Positions 27,702 to 38,913 of a stretch of DNA of 64,000 nt are shown here, in pieces. Positions within the stretch are counted from its first letter, which is position 1, and every line of letters begins with the position of its first letter. The stretch spans positions 30,008,001 to 30,072,000 of the forward strand of contig CM060734.1 of assembly GCA_030704615.1 (NCBI GenBank), written 5' to 3'. The notes under the pieces were generated by a model that saw only the letters and a list, made by a program, of their open reading frames with translations, was not told the origin of the DNA and did not search any database. This stretch comes from Takakia lepidozioides (lineage: Eukaryota; Plantae; Bryophyta). The position numbers and the translations under genes were made by a program.

Positions 27702-28810
27702 TGTTAGAGGACTGTAGGGGACTTAGATACTTATACGGGATCTGTAGGGTACCCTTAATTTTTGCACAGACTGAGACAAACAGGAACCTTAGGGGTGACA
27801 GCAGCGCACTGTAGAGGGGGGTTACATAGCCCACACAGCCGACACAGCAGTCACAGCCCACACAGCCAATACAGCCCGTCACAGTCGTCACAGCCCACAC
27901 AGCCGACACAGCCGTCACAGCCCACACAGCCGTCACAGTCGTCACAGCCCACACAGCCCACACAGCCCGTCACAGTCGTCACAGCAGACACAGCCCACAC
28001 AGCCAACACAGCCCGTCACAGTCGTCACAGCCCACACACCCGTCACAGTCATCACAGCCCACACAGCCCACAAGCCCGTCACAGTCGTCACAGCAGACAC
28101 AGCCCACACAGCCAGTCACAGCCCGGCACAGCCACACAGCCAGTCACAGCCCGACACAGCCAAACACAGCCAGTCACCGCTTGACACAGCTGTCACGATA
28201 ATAGGGAACGAAGAGTAGGACAGGGAACGACTGTGGGGAACAACACCAGTGAAGGGAACATGTTAGTTCACATACGACGGTTAGAGAGGGAAACGGTTAG
28301 AACGCGGATAGGAGGATAAAGGGAAGAACGGGGAATAGGAAGGGGATCATTATTCGGGGAGGACTTCGGAGACAGGCGGGAGCGGAGATCGGAGAGCACG
28401 ATGAAGGAGAAAAGAGGATTAGTAGATGCTTGTCATATGCAAAGCTAGAGTGATATTGTAGAGCAGATTAGAGACATAATGGATTCGGCCTGATACCTGA
28501 TAAATCATAATCTGATACTTATACGATACAATCACACTGTGTAGAGAGATCTGAGTGAAGCTGTGGATTGAATGGAGGAGTTAAGGAAACCGATAAATTG
28601 ATGAAGCAAACTGATACTTAATTATCAATGGTAAGGTAGCTAAGATGAATGCGGAAAAGGAAACAAATAGGAAACACCCCCATGATACACTAGCTGTAGG
28701 TCATGACTGATTGTTCTGCGCGGGCTGAGTACTTAGAGATTTCCAACTCTTCTATCTTGGAGTTTCCGCCTCGGATAGCGAAGGGATGGGTGAGTAAAAA
28801 CCGCGCGACA
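27702..28810 (+). repeat. 3' LTR of family B
   Basis: Near-identical to the 5' LTR apart from a few substitutions and minisatellite length. Confidence 0.97.
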
Positions 28811-29439
28811 GTGTCTGTCTCTTGCTTAAGTGCATCAAGATGGACGGTCTCGAAGCTGGAAAGCATGTGCACACTCACATTATCCAAAGTGGATTCACGC
28901 CAAATGTTTTTCTACTCAACACCCTTGTCAACCTGTATGTTAAGTGCCGGAACATCAGGGATGCTCACCAAGTGTTGAACATAATGCCTCAATGATCTTT
29001 GATCACGTGGAATATTATGTTGAAAGGATTTACCAAACATAGGTGTGGTAGGAATGTTTTGGAGACATATGAGCAAATGATGTGCGAAGCGGTGAAGCCC
29101 AACCACATCACATTTGTTTGCGTTTGCAATGCGTGTGAAAGCCTAGGAGCAAGCTGGAATTGTACCAGATGTCATCTTGAACACTGCCCTTGTGGACATG
29201 TTGTGGGTGCGTAAAGGATGTGAGGGGAGTTTTCAACACTCTGGCTGAACGAGATGTGGTGTCATGGAACGTGATGCTTGCAGGGTATGCACAGCAGGGG
29301 CACGGGATGGAGGCTTTGAAGACCTATGAGCAAATGATGGGGGAAGGGGTGAAGCCTAACAACATCACAAGGCATTTCACCAGATTCAGATATGTATGTC
29401 TGTCTCTTGCTTAAGTGCATCAAGATGGAAGGTCTGGAA

Positions 29440-29945
29440 CAGTGTTGGACTGGTATATAGGTGAAGGACTGGTACATAATACTGGTATATGCACTGGTAT
29501 TAGATACCAGACCAGTCTGGTATCATTTGGGAGAATACTTGGTCAGATACCAGACCAGGCTGGTATCAGTTCTTTCATACCAGCCACAATACCCGTATTC
29601 CCCCATCGTCTTCCTCATTTACTCTGGTATGTATACTGAATTAATTTATGTGTACATATGCCTATATATTCGTACTTATGTATATTTACTTCTTATGTAT
29701 ATTTTATTTGTTTTCACTTTATACTTGCCACTTGACAAATTTGTAACTCAAGATGGCTTTGGAATGATACCAGAGTTGATATCTCATACCAGCTGGTATT
29801 GTGGTCATGATACTCATATTCATACCAGTATCTGGAAAAAAATACATCCACCATTATAGAGACCAGACTGGTATGAAAGTTTTGTGATACGCCTGGTACC
29901 AGGACCAGTCTGGTATGTAAAAAACTTGATACCAGACCAACACTG
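29440..29945. mobile_element. hAT-type MITE (506 bp), 8-bp TSD GTCTGGAA
   Basis: TIRs CAGTGTTGGACTGGTAT / ATACCAGACCAACACTG; TSD at 29432-29439 and 29946-29953; many CTGGTAT/ATACCAG subterminal repeats. Confidence 0.9.
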
Positions 29946-30459
29946 GTCTGGAAGTTGGAAAACAGGTGCATACTCACATCATCCAAAGTGAGTTTCCATG
30001 GCTGAACGAGATGTGGTGTCGTGGAGTGCGATGCTTGCAGGGTATGCACAGCAGGGACGTGGTATGGAGGCTTTGGAGACCTATGATCAAATGATGGGGG
30101 AAGGGGTGAAGCCCGACCACATCACGTTTGTGTACATTTGCAATGCGTGTGTAAGTCTGTCAGCTTTGGAAAAGGGCAAAGAGGTCCATGGCGACATTGT
30201 TAGATCTGCAATTGTATCAAATGTCATTCTGAACAGTACCCTCGTGGACATGTATGAAGGGAGTGTTCGACGGTATGGCTGAACGAGATGTGCCATTGTG
30301 GAGTGCGATGATTGCAGGATATGCACAGCAAGGGCGCGGGATGGAGGCTTTGGAGACCTATGAGCAAATGATGTGTGAAGGGGTGAAGCCCGCACTTTGC
30401 ATTGCATGATGTTGAGGAAGAGCTTAAAGAATCGTCTCTTTGCCACCACAATGAGAAGC

Positions 30460-30762
30460 GGCTGAGTTTGTTCATGGGTATTTGGATGGATCCGTAGTCT
30501 TTTACGTTTCTACAAAGGATTCCAGAGGCAATGAGCTCCTCGTGGATGAGTCAATCGTGGACTCCTGGGATCCCATTCGGAGACAGGTGAACGAATCCTT
30601 CGAACTTCTTCTCTCCAGGAAACCTTCCACCCAGGCATTCTTAGGGAAGATGTTTCACGTTTGGGATGACAACCACCGGTTGCTTGCATGGATGGCTGTC
30701 ATTGGGAGGCTGCACTCACAGAAGGAAGAGTGGCATTACTCTGTTCGATTGATGGTGCTGGA
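30460..30762 (+). other. Captured fragment of a ParB-like exon inserted in the DYW domain
   Basis: [40 protein letters not shown] aligns with the translation of 42589-43005 (-). Confidence 0.85.
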
Positions 30763-31213
30763 CGGATGTGTGGTGATTGCCACACAGCCACCAAATTCAT
30801 CTCAAAGATAGCTAAGCAAGAGATTGCTGTACGGGATGCAAACCGCTTTCATCACTTCCAAAATGGTGTTTGTTCTTGTGGGGAGTATTGGTGAAATGAA
30901 ATGCTTGTCATCTAATTGAATGTATTGAACTCTGTCAACTGCGAGTCAGGTTGGACTCCAACAGTGGCAACAAAGGCGCACGAAATCTCTTTTTGGAGAG
31001 GAATTCTCAACAGTAGGTTTTGAACATAATTGGACCTTGCGAAGGTTGAAACTGTAGAACAATTTCAGAAACTGTCCTAGTTGATGAACAGAGGTGCAGT
31101 GACTAGGTCTTGGTCTTCAAGAGGGTCACTCTCTGATGAAATACCCAGGACTGCATATCAGAAAATAGAAACTTTCTTCAGGCCTCTTGCACATAGGGCA
31201 TTGACAATGTCCC

Positions 31214-31569
31214 TGTCAAGTTAAATAAGCACAGTGTGAAACTAACTAGAATAAAGCTAGTTATTTGTATTTAACACTTGGATTTAGGTCAAGTGTTAAA
31301 TCAGGTGTCAAGTTTAGTTTGACACCTGAACTGTCTTATCTTCACAAGAGCGTCAGTCGCGCAGCTCATCTCTCTCGAGTTGAGCCTGCGCGACCGAGCT
31401 CCTGCATCGTTTAGGACTGAGTGTGCTTATGATGGGAGTATAGGTTGTTGTGGGGTGGAGTCCCCATAGCTTGGGGTGCCCCTGGCTCGACTTTTGTTTT
31501 AACGAGTGATAGCGATGGATTTCATGTTGTTTCTGGTGTGAACAGTGTGTCTCTTAGCTTGTTCTATCA
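31214..31569 (+). repeat. 5' terminal repeat (Y only; no X upstream or downstream)
   Basis: TGTCAAG...TTCTATCA, near-identical to 57623-57983 and 14308-14663. Confidence 0.95.
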
Positions 31570-31586
31570 CTCGAGAGAGATGAGCT
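31569..31586 (+). promoter_or_regulatory. Self-priming PBS complementary to an internal segment of Y
   Basis: ACTCGAGAGAGATGAGCT is the exact reverse complement of 31363-31380; no TGG-type tRNA PBS present. Confidence 0.8.
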
Positions 31587-33988
31587 CTTATCTGTGAGTG
31601 CAAGGTAGGAGTTGAGGGTTAGCACTTGTATGATTACCTGTGTGAGAGTAGTGCTTAGTTTAAGAAGCTTAAAAAAAAAAAAAAAAACAAAATATGCAGG
31701 TTTCGATCAACGTTGGTTCTGGCATGAGGCCGCCGGGCAGGACGGAGCTACACTGCATGGAAGCAGCCTTCGTTTTGGTCAGTGAGGAGACATCATGGAG
31801 TAGCAGCGATTGGCTGTTGGGAAACTGACCAAGTGCGAGACTTAAAGGGGTACCTGTGATCGAGCAGATGGGTAGAACTTCCGTGCCTGGAGATGGCCGG
31901 GCTGCTCGCCTTAGTTCGATGTGCACAGACCAGAAGCGGTAAGGAAAGGCAGCGGAAGAGCAGGTGGAGCTGGTGTAGTGGAGCCAGTTGAAGGAGGAGC
32001 TGTAAATCCGCCCCCTCCAGTAAATGCAGCGCCAGCAGGTAGAGCACGGCGCAGCGAGCTGGTTGAAGGTGAAGGCCCCGAGAGAGAAAGCCTAGCAGCA
32101 AAGCGATGGAGAACGGGGAGCCCATTGCTGGCATATCATCAACACTGCAAAACCAGGAGTCTCACAAATCTTCATGCTACTTGTGATTGTGGCTGGGAAA
32201 GCTGCTTTCACCTGGTCGATTATCTGCATAAGCAACCAGCTTCCTGACAAAAAGGGTTGTTGGGGGCATTGTTGATTTCGGGGAGTGCAAGGTGCAAAGT
32301 CGTTTTTAAGTGCTTCAGGTTTGTACAAAGCCAAGTAGCTGTTGCTACCTTGCACCTTGGTTCCACCATTTTGAGGTGGAAACTGGTGGAAAGTCGAATG
32401 GTGGTTCACAACCCAGCACACTGCCCGAGTCCAAGTTTGTCACCATATATCTGACACTGCTCCTCCGTCCCGCCAATGGTTCTGATTGTTGAAAGATAAG
32501 TTCTTCCTTTAAGACCAAGTCCTCACAAGTCCTACTGACTTGGTGTAGGATTGTGGCGATACAGGTCAAGGGAGCTCCAGCTCTACTTGTCTCATCATTG
32601 AACACTTCCAACTGATCACTTGCCTCTACTGTCATTTCGGCGTCAAGGGTACTTACTTCTGCACAGGTGCTGGTCCTGGGAGTCTTAGTGCGAGATACCA
32701 CATTCATTTAATTGGTGCAGGAATATGAGCTCTATCAGCTTCTGAACTCCAGACTTTCCTGATTATCCCTTTGTCTGGTGTATGGGATAAACCCGTCTGA
32801 AAACACCAACGATCAGCAAGGTGACCCGAACTGGGCAACAGAGAACTGGGACAACCCAGGTGCAGTTGGTGGCCTTGACCAGACCTCAAGGCCGTACTCA
32901 TCCAACCGGTTAGAGTGGAAGATGGGAGCTGTGATGGTATTCATAGTATTCATGCAGCTGCCTTGGTGGGGACAGTGAATGCGAGACTGGCAGCTCAACT
33001 GGGCATTGGGATCGTAATTCAGTAGCAGGCTGATTGGAGTTAAAGAGGTTTGGTCATGCCAGTGTCCGAGCAGCCAGTGAATCTTGGGTCAGATTTTGAA
33101 GGTATGTTGCATTGCAGTAGGCAGTGTTCTAGGGATTCTGAAACCCCAAGCGAGCAGCATGTGCAGAGCAGTGCACGGGTGAATTGAAGCCAACGCCCTA
33201 CCTTTAGAATTCTATTTGCGATCTGCCAGAGAAAGACAGCCAGCTTTGCAGGATGTTTGATTGAGGGCAGCAGTGCATAGCGAGGCCAGTGATTTGAATG
33301 CCGCTGAAATCTGTCACGGAAATGACCTGATTAGGTTGGGCTGAGCATGTAACCAAGTGTCGGGCAATGGAGGCAACGGCCCTTGCTGGAGGATGCATAT
33401 CCAAGATGCAGGGATGGTCTGGATGATGCTGGCATAACCTGCATTTCCTCTGGCTGCTCCTACAATCTGGTTTATGTGCCCCTGGCACTATAGTGCTGAG
33501 CCCGATCAGATATTTCCGATCTGGTGCTTTCCGGGGTTGCATTGTAAGTGTTCCTGCTTTTGTTGGGAATATTGGTGCAAAGGATTAAGGCTCAGCATAG
33601 CTACGGATCCCGACTGGAGGAGAGCCAGTCACTGGGAACCAGGGAACAAGAAACCAGGGAACAGGGAACCAAGACAAGTATTGAAAATAGAGTTTTCCTT
33701 GTATTTGTTTTGTCTTATATAAAAAAAAAGAAAAAAAGAAAAAGGTGTTATGTTTAAAGAGCCTGGTTGGTCATATCTTTGTCAAATGAGCTCCGTTTGA
33801 CTCAGTTCTTGAGGGGATAGCTGCAGAAAGGGGATATCTACCTATCTAGACCTGGTTTTTGTTTTTGGGACTCTGCTAAAAATCTATGGAATTTTTAGAG
33901 TGTGAGTGTGCCATGAAAGATCCACAATTCTGTTTCTAGAACCTGTTCTGGTCTATATGAGAGACAAATCTGTGGATGTTCTCCTTGT

Positions 33989-34739
33989 ATGGCTGGGGGA
34001 AATGAGGACGTAATTGAAGGGCATGTCTCGTCTCTTAGCCTGTGCACACAAGGGGACAGGATTTATGTTTCCCAAGGAACTCAGACTGATTTGAGTGGAG
34101 AACAGTTGGATGAGTTGATTGCATACTGGGAGTCATGCATTAGCAGTAGACAACAAACTGCTGTAGTTGGCGTTGAGGGCCTCAATGTTGCTTTGGATAG
34201 TCAGAACTCTGTTGGAGCCAGCAGTTCTGTAGCTGTAGGTGAAATACCAAAGTGGGTGAAAGCTAGGCTTGGAACACAACCAAAGACAGCCCCGGGGACC
34301 AAGGTGTTCAGCCACAAGGCCGTGGTGTACTGGAGCAGAGGAGCAGGAGCTGCACAAGTTTGTGCAATCAGACATGGTTGCAGCCGGATACGCTCTGCAC
34401 AAGGCAACCACGAGCGGGGGTTCATTAGCAATGACAAGTTTGTTTTGCTTGAAGGAGATGCAGTCATTCGCAATGAGGACACCCGCAACCGTCTCAAAGC
34501 TTTCGAGTTGAGAGACTATCAAACCCTACCTTTTGTTTTCTTTAGTGTTCAGTGAGCGGGAGATAGGGGAGTATTGCTTTGTCTCTACCTGGCAGAAAGA
34601 GGAGGAGGGTTGGTTAGAGCAAGCTACTGTAGCTTGGGACAAGGTTAGTGGCAGGTTTCTGGACATAGATATACCTCCTACATCTTACCATCATGTAGAG
34701 CGAGGCATTTTGAGAGAAGTCTGGCAGTTGATAGCATAG
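33989..34739 (+). pseudogene. Extra ORF upstream of family A gag, unknown function, frameshifted
   Basis: 188-aa ORF continued by 34533-34739 in another frame. Confidence 0.4.
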
Positions 34740-35258
34740 ATCAGGATTAGATCTTGCTTGGGCGGGCTTCTATTCTTCCCCTCCATCTCTGTACTATTTT
34801 CATTACCTTGTACTCGTAGTTGCCAAAGCCTCTCTTGGTGGAGGCCAGTCAGTCCGGGGTTTTGGGCTGGGATATTCTGCAGGTAAGCACTGCAGATGGA
34901 TTTTGGTGTGGGGGTGTTGATGTTTTGATTTCTTGTGTTTGGATCCCCCCCAACACCTGCATGCTTGACTGTGCGCCATGTTGGTTTTGTGTGGGCGCTT
35001 GCTTTCATAGGGATTAGGCCGGATTTGATCACCAGTCAATCCTAGAGTATGTTGTCGGTGGTGAGGTTGGAGTGATGACCAGCAAGACCACCAGTGTTTC
35101 TTCTATGGTGAGACTGGGTTGATGACCAGCCAACCATAGGAGTTCTTGCGGTGGATGCAGGTGCAGGAGCCCTGAGCCACTGGGATATGACCCTTAAACT
35201 GCAACAAGTGCCTACCCGTGTCACTATTAGAATTAGTAATAGAGCCTTATAGTGTCAC

Positions 35259-36335
35259 GTGGGGGAGGTGCACATTGTGAGTGTCATCACAGAGTTACCC
35301 AGGGGTTCTGAGGGGAGTACGGCTACAGGCAGTAGCAGTGAAAGTAGGTTCACCAGACGAGGTGTTCGTTTTAGACCACCTTCACCTCCACCCTCAACTA
35401 GTGCAGAGTTAGACACAGACTCGGAGGCTTCATCAATAGGTGTGCAATTTCATTCGCCATTGTCGTGGGACGACATGGAGGAGATGTATGGAGCTACCAA
35501 GGGGCCTCGTAGGTACTCTGGAGCTGTGGGCACAATCGAGTTGGATGACTTTATCCAGGAGTTCGACAGCTGGTGTGATTTGCAGCAGATGCGCAATCCA
35601 CAGCTATTCACCCCATTCATGGCGTGGAAGGGACTGTTCCAGCATTTGGAAGGCCCGCCTATGGACGATTACCACGAGTTCAGGCGAGGACATGAAGCAG
35701 AGATTGAGAAGTGGAGGATGTATTGGTTACTTGACTACGTCTCCATTACTCGAGGCACGACGCGACCAGTAGCTGCATCAGTACCAATATCTCCCACTGC
35801 CAGCACTAGTAGTGGAACAAGTAGTGCCGGTACTTCTGCAGGTGGTACCAGTTCAAAAGGTGCTACTACTCCTCCTGCCACGACTACAACAATGCCTAGA
35901 TTCAGCCCGGTGGTGGAGTTCTTCCAGGAGTTGCGGAGGAACTACCAAGGTGTACGGACTTGCAAGACTTCTAGTGCAAACCCAGTGAGAGCCTGCGAGA
36001 GGCGTACACTCGTATGAGGCGCTTGATAAGTGTGACCCAAGGGGTTACTGAAGCTCAGGCAATCCAGTTTTGGTATGGAATTCTGGACAAGGAGCTCAAG
36101 AGAAGGGTGCGAGATGCAACCCTGTTACAAGCAGCCCAACCCACATTAGCAGATGTGTTTCTGCTAGCTGAGCGGATTGAGCTCAACATGGTGGAGGAGC
36201 GAGTTGTTACCATTGGATTTGGCAAGGACATGCCTGCACGAGGCGCAGCTGCCAGCCCACAGGCACAAGGTACTGCCCAACAGCATGGTCAGGGGGGCAA
36301 GGTTTCCCAACCCAAGTTCCATGGAGCTTACAGGG
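35259..36335 (+). pseudogene. gag: Family A gag, 5' part, interrupted by the MULE
   Basis: YSGAVGTIELDDFIQEFDSW..FQHLEG; WYGILDKELKRRVRD..LAERIE; removing the MULE restores HGAYRGPQLQR. Confidence 0.8.
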
Positions 36336-36833
36336 GGGGGCTGCTATTTCATGAGCCATGAGCCATGAGCGGCATAAGCCATGAGCAGAGTCGTAAGTGT
36401 GGAAAAAAACATGAGCAGCACTATTTTCCGGAAATGAGTGTCCGCGGGAATAGGGTTTAGGGTGCCACGGTCATAGGGGGAGAAGGACCTCCCGATGAAG
36501 GAGGTTCGGCAATGTTATTTAGAATTATATATTGAAAGGCAATGTTTCGCGAATGGTAGGGTGGTACTGCTCTGTACAATGGGGGCCCATTTCAGCCTAC
36601 CAGCCATTTGCAAAATTCACCCACACTCCCAATCCCAAACAAAATGAGCAATGACGCATTCTCGGAACAATGGACACAGAATAGAATAAAAAGAGGGCAC
36701 AATGAGGTTTTTATTGATCCACATGAATTGCATTTGAAGCACGTCTACTGTGCTGATTGTGCCCTCAAATCTTGAGCCCTGTGCCTACTGAATACAAGTC
36801 ACGTTGTCAATGGGACTTCGACTGCTCTCAGAA

Positions 36834-37628
36834 CTAGCTCATGAGTCCTGGGGCTCCTCCATGTAAAGTCGATTGCAGCCGTTGTACCGCCCTAGTGATG
36901 TTCACCACAATGTCCTGCCCTTCAATCATACCACCATCGAATATGGAAATCTTCACGTTTTCGTCGTCCACACCAATGCGAATGTCCCCATACAATGGAG
37001 AAGAGGAGCGCACTCCTCGAGGAGAATAGGTCTCTCCGATGGAGTCCACCCACGTCCAGTGGCAGCAGTTCCACCGCAACAGCATAGCAGTGCGCCTTCT
37101 TCTGCATGGGTGACCGTCGTAGCTGGGAAAATCGGAATCGAGGATGCGCAGGAGCCACGGACTCCTCAAACCAAGATCGTCACCCCGCTCGAAGGCGTAG
37201 TGGCCTACGATATACTCAAAAGCCACCAATGTTTCCACAATCGAACCAGTATCTTCTGTGTAATTTGTGTACCAGATAACAATGTCTCCCGATGTGGCCG
37301 AATACATTGCATAATCGATGCCTCCAAAGGGGCAGTCGTCCCGGTTCCGGAAGCACGGCATCCTTGCAAAGGAGGACCTGAGGACGACTTGGATGCCGAT
37401 GACCTTGCGGACAGCTACGAAGCCCTTAGATTTTGGAAATGATACGAAGCGGAAGAGCAGTCCGGCCTCCAATAATGGAGCATCTGGGTCACACGTACCC
37501 ACCGACGGAGGTGGAACGTGTTCATCACGCCAGCGGTGGATGAACCCATACATCTTTCTCATCAACAAGTTATAGTTTGAGATCTGCCACCGAAGTCCAT
37601 CCCCCCGAATGGAAATTCGGCGCCGCAT
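36834..37628 (-). CDS. MULE cargo ORF (264 aa), unknown function; true start uncertain
   Basis: Long complex ORF near the left TIR; no motif recognised. Confidence 0.45.
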   Translation of the reverse strand: MRRRISIRGDGLRWQISNYNLLMRKMYGFIHRWRDEHVPPPSVGTCDPDAPLLEAGLLFRFVSFPKSKGFVAVRKVIGIQVVLRSSFARMPCFRNRDDCPFGGIDYAMYSATSGDIVIWYTNYTEDTGSIVETLVAFEYIVGHYAFERGDDLGLRSPWLLRILDSDFPSYDGHPCRRRRTAMLLRWNCCHWTWVDSIGETYSPRGVRSSSPLYGDIRIGVDDENVKISIFDGGMIEGQDIVVNITRAVQRLQSTLHGGAPGLMS

Positions 37629-38043
37629 TTACATCGAAGAGGGGATGGACTTCGTCGTGTCCAGTGGCTATCGGCCCACCTGGCAGTGACTGCCCATAGT
37701 TTGCATGGCAGGGTAGGAAACTGAAACGGCTACATTCATGCAGCAGCCAATCTTCATCGGTCCAGGATCCTGTAGGGGGGAAATTTAAATGTGCCCTGGA
37801 GTGTTTGTGAGGAATTGCAGCGTTAGCTTGAACTTTTTCCAGCCACCGCGCTGCTCCTCCTCCATCCGGGAGCTGCTGTCATTGAGCGTACTCCGCTACT
37901 CTTTTTCAAGGATGTCGGAATTGGCCCACTGTTTACAATTTGATGTCTCATTTCTACAATGTGTCTGTCCGGATGAATATAGCAGAGTAACCGGTATGTG
38001 AGTCATGTGTCAAGAATATACCAGAGTAACGCCATGTCGGACA

Positions 38044-38780
38044 TCGAAATGCGGCACCGCATTTCGGTGCCGACATGGAAATGCGGCGCCGCATTTCGGT
38101 GCCGACATGGAAATGCGGTGCATCATTTCCGTCCAGGTACACGAAATACCAACACGGGTCTATAAATTGATCAGAAAACGAGGTTGGCATTGCAAATGCG
38201 GCGACGCATTTCCAGCTTGGCAATGGAAACTTCTTTTTGGACAAGGGAATGCGGTGCCGCATTTCCGTACAACACTTCGAAAAGTGTGACATTTCCGACC
38301 AGCGCGATGGAATGCGTTACCGCATTTCCGAGAGAGGGTCTGCAGATGGACAAATTGCGATGTCCGTTCTGGAAATGCGGCGCCGCATTTCCATGTCCGT
38401 CATCGACTTTTTTTTAACAATGGAATGCGTTGCCAATTTTTTGCTGATGGGCCTGCAGTTCGAACAACGACCATCCCCAATACTGAAATGCGGCACCGCA
38501 TTTTCAATCCCGCCATGTCGACCTCCTTGTTCGACCTCGTTGTTCGACCTCTGTAAGCGTGGTGGCATCCATGCAATGAGTGGGAGAGGCCAAAACTGGC
38601 GTGTGGACAAAGGAAATTTTGGAAATGCGGCACCGCATTTCCAATTCAGATTACTTTTTACTATGCCAACATTGAAATGGAAAATTTAGTCCCTCCCCTG
38701 TTTTGGAAATGCGGTGCCGCATTTCGAAAAGAGGTTCTTAGACTTCCCCTGTTTTGGAAATGCGGTGCCCCATTTCCGAT
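38044..38780. repeat. Palindrome array 1: ~11 copies of GGAAATGCGGNNCCGCATTTCC
   Basis: Copies near 38046, 38078, 38193, 38247, 38309, 38370, 38485, 38621, 38705, 38756. Confidence 0.93.
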
Positions 38781-38913
38781 TTTGGGAGCGTCGTGGTTTG
38801 GGCGATTGTGTGGCTGGAATGCACACTGGAGAGGGGTCACGAATGTCGGGCAGAATTTCCTTTATATACTCTGGAAGAGAATTTACATTTACAGAGACTT
38901 CATTAAAATTCTA

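Larger units (their letters stand above)
15266..28810 (+). mobile_element. Full-length Ty3/gypsy family B element (non-chromovirus type), 13.5 kb, TSD GTGTC
   Basis: TG...CA LTRs; TSD GTGTC at 15261-15265 and 28811-28815; PBS, PPT; gag-PR-RT-RH-INT order; no chromodomain. Confidence 0.97.
28811..30894 (+). pseudogene. PLS-E-DYW pentatricopeptide repeat (RNA editing factor) pseudogene with internal duplication, deletions and insertions
   Basis: [87 protein letters not shown]. Confidence 0.92.
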
